NCBI RefSeq assembly: GCF_022539665.2
Contig: NC_081333.1
Span: 9,300,001-9,364,000, forward strand
DNA length: 64,000 nt
Source: Daphnia carinata
Lineage: Eukaryota
Reading direction: 5' to 3'
Positions 1-13,549 of this stretch are shown in pieces (the first letter of the stretch is position 1; each line of letters begins with the position of its first letter). A model generated the notes under the pieces. The model was not told the DNA's origin, made no database searches, and saw only the letters and a program-made list of their open reading frames with translations. The position numbers and the translations under genes are program-made.

Positions 1-3000
1 CAACACGATTGCCATCCCGACGCAGCTTGTCTCAATACTCCGGGCTCCTATCTTTGTGCGTGTAAGAAAGGCTATATCGGCGATGGGAAAACGTTTTGTG
101 AACGCACCTGTTTTGAGGATTGCGTTCATGGCCGTTGTTCTGGCCCACCCGATTTTCAGTGCGAATGCGAGCTCGGTTGGACCGGTTCAGATTGCCAAGA
201 AGACTGTGGTTGTTTTGGTCATTCAACATGTTATCAAGGGATTGGCACATGTGATCATTGCCAAGACCTGACTGATGGTAAGTTGCCGAATTAAAAGCAG
301 ACGACAATAAAGAATTGACTTTATTCTGTGTGATCTAGGTATGAACTGTGAGCTATGCAGGGCTGGTAGCTACGGTAATGCCACTACTTCAGAGGGCTGT
401 CAACTTTGTCAGTGGTAAGAAATGAGGTAAAAATAAAAAATAAGAATAAACCAATGTAATATTTTCGTCCAAAATAGCAATGGTCATGCCAATGGGACTG
501 CTGGGATCTGTAATCCAACAACAGGCCAGTGTTACTGTCAGGACGAGACTGAAGGGAATAAATGCGAATTGTGCAAACCTGGTTATTACGGTGATCCACG
601 TCATGGCGGTACCTGCTATCGTCAATGTTCGTCTCGTGGAATCCTTTCTTCTATCACTAACGGCAGCTTGGGGAGTTACTCGGCACCCGACAGTCGCAAC
701 ATTTATCGCCATTCCAAGAACGAGATGGAAGTGCAAGATTGCGTTTGGGTTCTCAACACGCACAATTCCGTCAGAGGAGTGACGGTCGGATTAGGAGGAG
801 ACGGACCCAAAGCTAAAGAAGCTATTATCCAGCTGACGATCCATCAAGGAGCTCGTATATTATGTCCCACGAATTACGTCTACGTTTATGACGGCCTGCC
901 CGATTTCATGTCCCTGGAAAATGGATGGACAAGACAAAATCACTTGCTTGGAGCTTACTGCTCACCGCAAACGGTCTTCCCGCTCAACGTCCATGCCCAT
1001 TCAGGCATTATGACCATATTTTATCGAAGGAATGACGTCAAGCAGGGGTATGTCATTGTAAATAACGTTTCATTCGTTTTCATAAGCATCATGGTTCTTA
1101 TCTATCTCTAGGTTTAATGCATCTTTTACTGTACTTTCCTGCCCTGCTAACTGCCTCCCACCTCGCCAGTGTGTTGCTGGTAAATGCAGTTGCCCGTCTG
1201 GCTGGGTTGGTACAGACTGCGAAGGACAAGTTTGCCCAAACGATTGCTTCTCTCAGCTCGACCATGGAAAGTGCGACATGAGCGCCGGTCGCTGTCTCTG
1301 CCAGAAAGGCTTCGCTGGTGCCGATTGTAGCCAAGCTCGACGCCGTTCTTCCATCGTCGTTACAGAGTTGATCGACCCTCACAAACTGACGGAAGGTCTG
1401 GAGCATTTGAAAACAGTGCTGCCCAGATTGGGTCATAGTCTGGCCGTCGATCATCGCGGTTCACTTTGGCTTTTCGGGGGCTACTCCATGTCGCGCGGAC
1501 CGTTGAATGATATACGAGAATTTGAAACGAAGAATCTCACATGGCTTCAGGTAACTGTTCATATTCAGCCGGGCGTGGGGGGTGGAGAGTCATCTCTTCC
1601 ACCTGAACGTTATTTCCATTCTGCCGAGTACGTCAACTCGCAACGAAGTCTTTACGTTTATGGTGGCATGGGTCATCGCGATCGTGCCTCCAGCGCTTTC
1701 CTCTCGGATTTTTGGAAGTTCGACATCAATTCAAGACGTTGGATGGAAATCGGAACGCGTGGCGTCGTCCCTCCGCTAGCAGGGCACACGTTGTCGTTGA
1801 GACATGACGGTGAACACCAAACACTGCTACTAGTAGGCGGATTCAGTCCGGAATATGGTTTTATGGAGAAAGTGATGGAATTCAGTCCTGAAAATGGTAC
1901 TTGGACTGTCCTGAATACAACTGGAACACCACCCATTGGTACGAAATATTGTTTCTAACATTTTATATATTTTAACTATTATTTCGTGTTCTCTTTTTGT
2001 AGGAATTTACGGACATAGCGCAGTGTTCCACGTCTCGACGCGGAGCCTCTACATCTACGGCGGAATGCTGTACAAAGTGGATAAAGTTGTCCCGTCCAAC
2101 GAATTGTACGCTCTTCATTTCCCCAGTCGACGCTGGTCGTTGCTGACTGTCGACCGGGATTCGAATCCGCCCGAACTTGCGATGCCTCGTGCCCGTTATC
2201 TGCACGCCGCCGTCACCACAGAAGACTACATGCTCATCATCGGCGGCCAAACGGAGCCAACCAATAGCTCGGACACTCTAATGGCCTACTCGTACGCTTG
2301 CAACACCTGGATCAATCTCGCCCAGCAGAAGAACAACGCCGTCGAGCTCATCGGCAGCCCATTGGCTCCGGCCGTAGGTCTGGCTGCAACTCGACATCCA
2401 GCCAGCGGCTCGGTTTATATCATGGGAGGAATGTGGGCGGGTGCGGCCCAAGGAACGCTCATCAAACTTGAAGTGCCGGACGACCTCTGCGCACTGTGGA
2501 GCAATAGCAAGCTGAAATGTAAAGCCACTCCGGGCTGTTCTTATTGCGCCGTCTACGAGCCATCCGGATCCAATGCCACTTTTTGCTACTCGACATCAAA
2601 GATATCGCCGGAACGCTGCACTCAACCTCAAGGAGTCCTCGAATTCTCCAAAGGAGCTGCCTGTGGGCCGGAGCGCGTGGCCAGTAGAGATTGCTATCAG
2701 CACGCTTCTTGCAGCGAATGTCTTGGCGAATGGCCCATCTACCGTGGACTGCCACAATCTTGCCAATGGTGCACCAACTGTAAATCGGGACGTTGTGTAC
2801 CTTACGGGGCCGACTGCCAGGAAGAGAATCGATGCGAAGTCAAACAGCGTGATACGGTCGATGCCGCCCAGTGCCACGAAAGATCTTGCCCAGCTTCCGA
2901 TTGTGATAAATGTAAAGATTTGGGACGATGCATGTGGACCCGTCAGGTATCAAGAGATGAGATCTTTATTTTATAAATCAATGTTTAATTTTTAAATCGA

Positions 3001-5832
3001 ATTTTTAGGTTGTTCGAACTAGCGAATTAAGTCGCAAATTGCATACTCTACCAATCTATGAATGGAATTGCGTTGGCCGTAACATCAAAGACAGTTCTTC
3101 ATTCTTGGTGGTTAGCATGCCACCACAGCAGTGTCCTCTTCGTTGCTATCAACATAATGGCTGTAGAGAGTGCCTGGAATCCACCGGTGGCGAAGGTGGT
3201 TGGCACGAATGTCGATGGTCTACAGCACTTGGTCAATGCGTGGCACCCAGTTATCAGTCGCTGCAATGCGTGGGGGGAATGTGTGGTGCTATTTTACAAG
3301 GATCCGCCAATTCAGCCTGCCCCAGACCTTGTTCCCAGTTCACGCAATGTTCCACTTGTCATCAGCAACCTCACTGTGGTTGGTGTTCATTAGATTCCGC
3401 ACCTGTTGGAGGCATCGGGTTGTGCAGCCGTGGTACACTAGAAGGTCCGCTAGATGGTTCTTGTTCATCACTGGACTACACGCGCGTTCTCGATCGGATT
3501 AATGTGACGGCCATCACACAACAACGTAAACCGTCTCAGAGCAAATTAGCATCATCGGCTTCGCTTCTGGAGAAAGCTACTACATGGAACTACCAAAGTT
3601 GTCCGGCAGAAAACGAATGCCTTAACGGCCATCATTCTTGCGATGCCCGTTCGGAACGATGCCTTGACCGTCCTGACGGATTCGAGTGTCTTTGCTCAGA
3701 TGGTTACGTCTCGGAAAATCAAATTTGCCGGCCAGTGTGCCCTCAGGTAAAACCTGTTTTCTAATAATTACAACTTATTCGATTAACTCTCGTAAATGTT
3801 GCACACAGGGATGCGTCCATGGAGATTGTCTCGAACCGAACGTGTGTCGCTGCCATTTTGGTTTTGTTGGTGCTAATTGTAGTACCCAATGCAAGTGTAA
3901 CGGGCATTCAGAATGTGCTGGACCAGAAGCGGATCAGTTGGATGTTTGCCTTGATTGCCTCAATAACACCATGGGCCCACAGTGCACGCGTTGCCGACCG
4001 CTCTTTGTTGGCGATCCGCGTAACAATGGCCAATGCATCTCTTGTCTGGAATACTGTAATGGCCACACACCCATCTGCCACGGACATAATTTATCTTTAT
4101 CTAATCTATCCCCGCAAACCACGAGCGAATTGTTCTTACTGCAATCGGCTGGCTGGAGTAAGACGGCCGAGGCCGCTTGGGTGCGTCTCATCGGCGAAGG
4201 TCCAAAAACGCAAGCCATTTGTCACGCCTGCTCCAACTCGACCATGGGAGAAAAATGCGAAGAATGCATTCCTGGCAATTTTAGGGGCGTCGAGGACCGC
4301 AGAAAGCCATGTCGTCCGTGTGAGTGTCACGGCCACGGTGACATTTGCCATCCAGTGACAGGAGAATCGTGCAACTGTCAAAACAATACGGAATCCGACC
4401 CTCAATGTCGAAGTGGCACTTCATTCGCAAGTTTAGGTCTACCCGGAAGATCATTGTCCGGTGGATCACCAGGTTTACTTCCTACACCAATACCTTGCTG
4501 GTCGCTTCAGTGTGACAAATGCAAAGAATATTACCTGGGCACCCCGACGCAGGGGCATCAATGTTACCGTCAAATGTCCGTCGACACCGAATACTGTCTC
4601 GATCCTGAAACTCAAGAAGAATGCAACCGGAAGCCGACGCCGCTTCATACTCGACGTCCCGTCTTTTTCGCAATTCAACCCAAGTTCCTAAACGTCGATA
4701 TTCGGTTGCTAGTCGATGTGGCCCAAGGTGGCGTTGACTTGTTTTTCGCACCTCGCGACGACATGTTCATCGTCCGACAAGATCCCTTACATCCTAATGG
4801 CCATCGCGTTGAATTGGATCCAAAATACATCATCATCACTGGTAAATGCAGCAACGTAATGAACGCTAAGCAAATGTAACGCATCTTTTATTGCTATTAG
4901 GTTCGCTGGCTTTCGATCACAGTGGCCAACCTTTGGTCCAGCATCCCAATACGTCCATTCCGGTGGAACGATTGGTGAACAACACTTCGGACCGCTACAC
5001 CTTGTCGTACCACATTGTAGAGAAGATGGCCAGCGGGTTGACGACGTTTTTGACAGTAACGGATCCGTTTAGTGTCGTCATCGTCCGAGGTCTGCAGAAT
5101 CGGCTCGTCTTGACCTTGCCCCAAGACCGACACGATCTCCGCTCGACGCGCTTTTACATCCTCATCCAGGGAGTGGGCAGCTCGTCAACAGAAGCCACTC
5201 TGGGCTCTCTCTTTTTCCGACAAGATCAACCGCGAATCGACCTTTTTGTCTTCTTCTCCGTTTTCTTCTCCTGTTTCTTCCTGTTCTTGGCCGTCTCCGT
5301 AGTTGCATGGAAAGCCAAACAAGCTATCGAAGGCCGACGGGCCCGCGAAAGGCAAGCTGTTGAGATGGAGCACATGGCTCGACGTCCGTTCGCTACCGTT
5401 TCTGTTTTTCTTGAAGCCACGTTACGTGGCCAAAAGCGATTACGAGACGGCAAACGTGCTGGGCAGAATGTCGGACTTCAAGTTCATCACACGACGCTAA
5501 CAGCTCAACTATGCTCTCCCCTGCGGTGGAAGCGGAGGAGTGCCTCGCGGCCAGATCATCACTCGCAAGTGCATCATGAGTTCCACGGGGCAAGCGTTCT
5601 GACCGAACAAGACTCGGTCGGACGTTTGGCTGGTGCAAACATAGGACTCCAACCTCGCCATATAGATATCCGTCCGTTAGCTGTGGAACCGACAGCTGAC
5701 GGGGTTGCAGCCATTGCCACACTCATCGTCCAGCTTCCTGGTGGTAGACTTGCACGTACTCAGCTGACATTGGCATCCGCTTTGGTTCTTCCGCCACGTA
5801 ATCGATCGAATTATCCGACCACGGAATTTTAA
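1..5832 (+). CDS. MEGF8: Multiple EGF-like domains protein 8 (attractin/MEGF8 family), 5'-truncated by the window edge; exons ~1-277, 339-414, 478-1047, 1112-1938, 2003-2946, 3009-3746, 3809-4841, 4901-5832
   Basis: The spliced frame (GT-AG introns of ~60 nt) encodes EGF and laminin-EGF repeats (CNGH...), a CUB-like segment (YVYVYDGLP), kelch repeats (GHSL..LWLFGG, GHSA..LYIYGG), PSI domains, [27 protein letters not shown] (transmembrane) and the cytoplasmic MARRPFA motif. Stop TAA at 5830-5832. Confidence 0.93.
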
Positions 5833-6400
5833 AGATAAGTTTTGCTTTTCTGTTTTTATTATTTTTCTTTAACTTAATCGTCGTGTCTGACAACTGTTTA
5901 TATTTGAATAATTTTTCGACTCATTTTTCCTCCGTATTACCTCGCGTTTTTCTGTGTGTTTTCTCTCCGTTGTATTTTGTAATTTATCCGAACAAGTATG
6001 ATGTACAAATACGGTCTCGTCGACGTATTTCATGTGCAAATTGCTACAATGACGTAGCAGCTAATTTCCCCTTAACCGCCAGTAAAACATGACGAATTTT
6101 CTTTTTTTACCAATTCATGTGATATATCACGGGCCATAATTGATATTGTACTGCTGATTAGGCACAATAAGTTCCTCTGTTTGGCAAGCGTACCACCGTT
6201 CCGTTGCGACCTACCGTTTTATGTAATACTTTCTCCCTTTCTATTTTTTTACGATAAACGTCAAAACAAAAGAAAAAAAATTACAAAAAGTGTATATATT
6301 CAAAAAAGTGAATAAATACATTTTTTTCCCACCGAAAACTAGAAAAAATACCGCCGTAAAATAATTCTGAAATCACGAAATTCTTATCTTATTTACAACG

Positions 6401-9400
6401 TTAAGATCGATCGACAATCGTGTTGTCGTAAGCGTAAATTTCTTTGGTTTTTGCCTCTGGATTAACTGTTGTTGCAGGGCCACCGTTGACTTGTTTGGCA
6501 GTTTTCACTGGTGGTGTGTAAAACCACCAAGCCAAGATGGAGAACAAAAATGTTAAACCTTTAACGACCAGCGCTAGACCAACCATCGCTCTATAGAGGT
6601 AAAATGAAATATTTGTAACATTTCTTTACAGTTTTGCAATGCAATTTTTACCTGCTAAATGAATAATTGTTGTAAATTAAACAAGATCCGCTATTTTCCG
6701 AGTTGCCATTGCAGTCGTTTGTGTGCGTCCACAAGACGCAAGAACTGTCTATGAACAACCCGAAGATCATGGGGCCTGGGATAGCACCTACGAAAATGAA
6801 ATTTGGATTCTTGATCCAGCACTTTGCCATGTGTCATGCGTAAAGTACTTACCGAAAAGCCGCCATATAATCATCTGGGTTCCTAATGCGAAGGCTCTTC
6901 GATTGTGTGGCACACTCCTTGCAATGGGCATCAAGTAGGTTGTTTTTTTTTTTTAAAGAATTTCATTATACTCTATTACCTTAATGTAGCCGAAAGAATA
7001 GGCATACTGTTTGCGAAAACAAGTGCCAGGAAAATGAATAGCAAAACTGTGAATAGGTAGAGTTGATAATTGCATTTAGAGGACGTGCATGTCTGACGAG
7101 CTGCCATGACGTCCACCTCTGTGCCTCCAACGACCTTCATCCTTTTATATTCCGGGGAATTTATGCACGAGCAATTGGAGTACACCTAAATGCGATCTTT
7201 GTAACTATCTGTTGACATTTCTTTCGAAACAGGAAGTAGAATTAATCCTTACGCCGAAGGATTTGGATTTCAATCCGTCGACCACTGTCTCGTGAAACGA
7301 TGTGCATCCAGCATGGCAAGGAGAATAGTAGACGATGTTATCGATACCACAAACAGGGCTATAAGTATCTAATGAGCAGGAACAATTGGCATTGCAATCA
7401 GATACGATATTTAATTCCTGTTTCCCACTTTAAAAAATAAGTTAGCGTTATTCATTAATTATTTTTAATTATTTTGTAAATCTAGTTTACCTGTAAGGAA
7501 CTGTCACTCCGGCAAAGTCTTGATTGGGACAATAGACCTGTTATCAGAAGATGAAGGGGTAATTCAAGTTTCGATTTAAAATCCTTGATTTCAGATACCA
7601 TAAAGGCCAATGAAAAGATGAAACTGAGGGACACCCAGAAACACGACATTTTCAAGATGGACCTTGGACGCATGCGATAGTGCTTAATTAGATAACCACC
7701 AGTGTAGGAAGCGCCACACCCACAAGGTATAACTAGTCCACCTAATTTTTCGCAATTGTATCGTTACCGAATTTTTTTTAGAAAGATAAAAAATTATTCT
7801 ACCAACGATAACAGCAGTCATGGCGGGTGACAATGAAAACTGGCTTTCAATTATCTTCGGTAAGAATGCACCAAAACCTGCCAGTAGCATTGCCTCGCAC
7901 GATTGCTCCAGGCAAATGAATAAAAACGTCCAACGTGTAGCTAATTCTTTGATTGCTGTAGGCAACTCTCGCAAGCTTTGGCCAACACTTATTGCCGCAT
8001 CTGTTAGGCAGAGATGGTTTAGTCCAGATTATAGTCATCTGCTTTTCAAATTACCTTGCGTGGTGGTTTCGGCATCATTTTTGGAATCATACTCTTCATC
8101 CTCGTCCGGGAGTTCTGTTTTGGAATCTTCCGCTTCCTTCGCTGCGGCCAGTGCTTTCGCACCTGTGGAAAGTTATGGTAAAATGAAAAAGAAATATTGT
8201 TACTAACTAAGCGTCAAGGTTTCTAGAATGGAAACGAATGAAGTCACCAGGTAATTCGCTAGGGAAAGCCAACAGGGGAATGGCGGCGATGCAAAGTAGC
8301 GTTCCAGCGATGACGAAACCAAGCCACCATGCTCCCACCCAAACGCTGCTTCCCGGCGCCATTCCCACCCTTTTTGGAAAATGATATGTTGAGCTAAAAT
8401 AATGATTACGAATTGAGTAAGCATTCGGACGGGAAAAACCCACTCTTTAGCTGAGATCTTATCGACGTCGACGTAAAGACGAAGTAATTGCCCGCCAGCA
8501 ATATAGCCAAGAGCGGGACCTAGCATTGTGCTTCCGTAAAAAACTCCTGCGAAAAAAAATGTTCACGTTATTTATTGCACATGTGATGTCATTTCCGCTT
8601 TGGGAAGTTATATTCACCGCTGTAGATCGGTTGCATTTTGTGGCTGACCTTGAGTATACAAAAGTAATTAAGGTAAGCATTTGAAGGAATCATTGTTAAG
8701 AAAAACGACTGACATTTTCATCTATGAAGGCTGTTCCGAGGGTGTACAGCGGAGCTCCTCCAGCACCCATAATAAGCTGCGCCATTAAAAAGACGTACTT
8801 GAACTTCTGTAAGGATATTCCATCATTCAGTGTTGTTATGTGATCCGCAGTTGAGCAACTGGCATTCACTGACGGCGATAAGGAACAAGTGCCGACGACT
8901 TGTTGTTTGACAGAAGCCTATGCACAAAACAACCATGGATCGCTTTTGTTATTGTATTTTTGAGTCAGGTAATAAACCTGGTAGAGTCCAGACGCCAAAT
9001 GAGGAGTGGCAAACACGAACGAGCCTATGCCCAACAACAAAACACCGTAGCCGACCCAACGCGGTTTGCATGCACCTTTACGACCTCCTAGATAAGAAAC
9101 TGGCAGAACCTATACATGAGTATTAAATTTTAAGATGTCAAATAACAGAAAATGTTCTTTAAAGTCATTAAAACTTGCAGTCAAAAATGAAGCGATATCA
9201 TAGCAGCCGATAATCATCCCGCTGTCCGTTGACGTGAGTTCGTACCGCCGCTAGACGCAAAAACACAGGTATGAACTTGAAAATCATAGCGAATTTGTAA
9301 TAACCGTTACCTCTATTGTGCTGACGCAAACGTTGAGAAGGCCATTGATTAAAAAACCTGTTTGAAAAGCAATTATTACTATAGCCGGCTGAATAATGTA

Positions 9401-9817
9401 ACACTAGGAGGTAGGTCATTTCAGGGTTCAGTGGTCCAGTTTATTATTTAAATCACGTCGACCGGTGATCCATCTAAAATTAGAAAACTGGGCATTGTTT
9501 TTGTCAGCTTTCCCAGCACATTCATCTTAGAAATATGTTGTTTTGAAATTGCCAAAATAATAGCCAATTTACTAAAACTTTCAGATACAAACTCTGCAGT
9601 AATTAGTTTCTAGATTACGCAAGAAAATATCTTTGTTCTTACTTTGAAAGCCGCCGGCCCAACAGATCCAGAATAAAAAGGATTTTGATGTAGATAGGCG
9701 TTGTAGGAATCTCGGTTTCCAGCAGTACCATCCACATTGTCCTCCGACGTCATCCAAATCCGCAGTCGACGCTGGATCCGAGGATTTGGCATTGTTGATG
9801 GTATTCGCCATTTCCAT
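6401..9817 (-). CDS. Organic anion transporting polypeptide (OATP/SLCO family, SLCO4/Oatp26F-like), multi-exon
   Basis: Spliced exons give [63 protein letters not shown] (OATP signature), [10 protein letters not shown], a Kazal-like Cys region, YSNCSCI and [23 protein letters not shown] at 9815-9817, stop at 6401-6403. Confidence 0.93.
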
Positions 9818-11103
9818 GGTTCCTGCCAAGTCTCACTGCAGAAACGTTTGCTACGTTTCGTCCAAGGTGCGAACGCGAGATGACTAGTTTAAAGGGAAAG
9901 TACAAGGCACCACTCAAATTCGTCACGAAACCAGCAGACGAGTTTGATTCCACACGGGTCTTCTAAAAAGTGAGAGTAACTTGCACAGTAACCACCACCA
10001 GCAGTACTGGCGGCCTATTTACTACTTTCTCCTTTCATTCTGCGTTCGTACTGTTTTCACTCACGAGCACAATTAGGGCGAGACAGCAAAAGGACTATTG
10101 TCGTTGCTGGATTGCAAGATTTCTTTTTGGAATTTGAGCCTGACTTATTCTAACAATGCCAGACTTTGTAGACGAGTTGCCTCTACCGAAGAAGAATCAC
10201 GATTAAGACGAAACAGCAGTTGACCAGCAGACAAAGTTCGAACGTACATTTCAAGTAAAACTGGTTAACAATGTCTTATAATGCAACAGGTAGTGCAGTT
10301 AAATAGGAAAGGCTTTTCTGTTCGTTGCACAACAGTCAATGTGAGGGTCCACGAGGGGCGGTCCTAAACATGAAACTTCCTCCCAAAACGAAAGGCAGAG
10401 TGACGCAATTCCCTTAAGTTACGTGATTGATCTTAAGGTAGTCCTGCAAAACACGCAGGCGCCGTCTGTCTCTTCCCTCGACAACTGTGTAATGCTATTC
10501 ACGTTTCTTTTTTTTATAGTTTAACTGTTTTTGTTTGTTTTGATTTTTTTAGAGTTAGCCGTGGGTACTACCAACTCAGAGGCAACAGCAGACAGGTAGA
10601 AAATGCAGGCATTGCTCGCGCTAGGAGCCTTGGATCTGCTTAACATGGGAGATAGTTAAGAAACTGCACATCTTCCGTGTCACAGCCGAACACGACAAGG
10701 TAAATGGTACCGCATTTTCTTCCAGTCTCTCGCCTCTCACTTAGGAATGATGAATATTTCCAGTACTTACGATTTGTTTACCTCGCCGTAGGTAATGTAG
10801 AAGGCTGAGGGAAAGCCGTAGCGAAGATGAGTCCGCTACGGAAGATATCATATTGGCAATTGGATTCGCACTACACTACACGCACTCGGTTCCGTCGGTA
10901 AGACAAGACGTATGTACGTTCATCAAGCTTTTACCCGGCTTACTCTAATGTATTCTGCATCTTTAATTTTTCACATTAATTCCTAATCCCTAAAAAAAAA
11001 AAAAATATATTTTTCGCCTAATCTACTTGTTTGCGAATTCTATAAGAGTCCTAAAACAAACAAAAGCGGAATAACAATACGAAATTCATGATCGAAAAGA
11101 ATT

Positions 11104-13549
11104 TCAACAAGTTGATGGACAATTTTCCGCCATTCTAATAGGATCCGGAATAGATGATTGTGTTTTGCTGCGCGGATGATCCAACAAAGCTGGACATTCA
11201 ATAGTTTCATTCTGAATGCCGTCCATCGTAGTCAACAAATCGTAATTGATTCGTTCACTAACTACGGAATCACCCCTATTTAAACACAACGAGAAAACAA
11301 AGTAAGTTGAGTTAAACAAATATTAAATATTTCTTAACATACTTGTAGTCGGGGTGTTTGATGACAAACTCCCGCATCCAGTGAGCTATGGTCATCAGCT
11401 CACCACTAGCACGTTTTTGAATAAGCCGTAAGTATTGATGTATTGTGCAATGGGTATCAGCGTCCACTTCGACACTTGACAGGTAGCTGCTTATGAGAGG
11501 TAATAAGCCCTGGAATTCGTCTCCCTTAAAAAATCAAGAAGAAGAAGAAACATTGAAATTTGTCACGAAAATAATTAACTTTATATCAGAGAAACAAACC
11601 TTTCCGTTTATTATTTCTCCGATTGTCATCTCTACGGAAATGTCGTCTTGTTCAGTTCCTACAGAATTAGGAATAGATTCTGACGAGTTTTGCGTAACCA
11701 GGTCTTTCCGGAACCAGAATTTTTCCTTCAGCACCGCATCGCGCTTTTGGGCCCTTTGCATATTCTCGTCCACTTTACTTATCGGTATGAGGAAGTTAAG
11801 TCTGTAGGTAAGAATGACTCGTGTTAACAGAACAATGAAGCACACGTAGGCTGCATTTTCAAAATCAGTTATTTGTGCTTCACAGGGTCGGAATTCAACG
11901 CGCCACCCTATGGTGCTCTTCGGCGGTGGTGGCTTGAAGCGCATCGTTTGCCAATTGGTCGACTGGAGGTTCTGTGAGTATTAGCGAAGTGTTTATAACT
12001 TTTTGGTTTTAGCCTTTAACATTGGATGTACCTCAAAGTGATCCGAATCTTCTTCGTCATTCTGGTTAATCTTTTCACTGAACAGAGACACAGGATCCCG
12101 GATAAAAAGATGTGCAATATGTTGGGCTAACAGATGATCAATATCAGCATCACGCATTCGCTGGTAAGCCTCTTGATCTATTACCAGTGGTATATCGTTG
12201 TATCTATTCAAGAATGTAGATAAGCATAATTATCAGTATGAAGATAAAAGTGCTTTTCCGCGAAAGTTTTTACCGGTCGCCTTCCGGAGAGAGATATGAA
12301 TCGATCGAATCGTATCGCGATTTGTTAATTCGGAATCTATTCGTCTTCAGCGGTTCTAGACCTCTTTCCTCTCTCGTCCGGCAGTCAACTGAGCTAGAAA
12401 TTATGTTCCACCGACAATCCGTGTCAGCAATGTAACCATGCTGAATTGGCGAAGCGGCAGTTAAAGCCAACATAATTGGGCACATGGGTGCAAGTTGATC
12501 GTATAATGTACGAGATTCTTTGATATTGCAAGCTTGAAAAGTCAGCTGCAGGCAGCATTGGCCCATTCCGAATCCCATAGCGTCCATATATATATGATCT
12601 GGCAATGCATTTTTCCCTTTCTCCCCATCATCTCCCAATGCACTTAAATCTTCTTCGAAAGGACTTGGGGTATTTACATCTTTAAAAACTTTTCAGAAAA
12701 TAGTCGTTACGCTAAGCAAACTCTAAATTAGTTACAAAGTTTACTTGGGACATTGATAGCAACTTTCTCGCCTCGCCGCTCGCGGATGTTGCGGGTTAAT
12801 GTCCGAAACCGTGGATGTGCCAAATAAATAGCCTCGTCCGGGAAAAATAATGAACGTGACGCGCTATTCACAGGATCTGGTTTTGCTTTAGGGACACAAA
12901 AGCCTTCGCAACCCAAGCGCGGGAATGCCGTAATAGAAAGGATGTGTTCATCCTTTTCCAGCAAAGCTGACACCTGTCGGATTAACAAAAGCATGTTATG
13001 TTACCCTTCCCTATCCAAATACTAGAAGCGTACCTCTTTGCGGCGATTTTTCATATTAGCCTCTACAATATTGAAATGAGCCAGTAGCCCTCCATATGGC
13101 TTCCCTGGAGTACCTTCAATCATGTAACTAGCAAACTCAGGTCTCCACAAGGAAGAAGCCTTCCTAATTAGTATGATGTTGCAATTAGGTTTTATGGTTA
13201 AATTCAATTAACATAAACTGAAAAGTTTTACTCTGGAGTTTCCTTTTCAGTTGTTTGGAGAACAGGTAAAAGTTCTTGGGCACGAAGAGAGAGCTGGGCT
13301 TTCTTTTCTTCATGATTGAACTTAACCAGCATGTATTCAATCTATAAAAGAAAACTGTTAACTAAATTTGTTTTAAATGCTAATATATTTGTATAATACC
13401 TCATCTCCCCACTTTAACACGTCACCTTGTTTATCTTTTAATAGAGTGTAAAGATTTATGAACTGAGTAATCCCATGCTCACGAACATGATCTGCTAACT
13501 TTTTTGTTTCAGGCCAACTCAATGGACTTCCTTCAGATAACAGACCCAT
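11104..13549 (-). CDS. GCLC: Glutamate-cysteine ligase catalytic subunit, multi-exon
   Basis: [12 protein letters not shown]...[75 protein letters not shown] and GWRVEFRP motifs lie in exons joined by short GT-AG introns. Confidence 0.97.

Noticed and set aside
32..5722. Antisense and alternate-frame ORFs over MEGF8 exons
   Set aside because: Expected shadows of GC-balanced coding sequence; no independent splice or homology evidence.
10778..10841. Hammerhead ribozyme
   Set aside because: Stems are present but the CUGANGA/GAAA/UH core is not correctly arranged on either strand.
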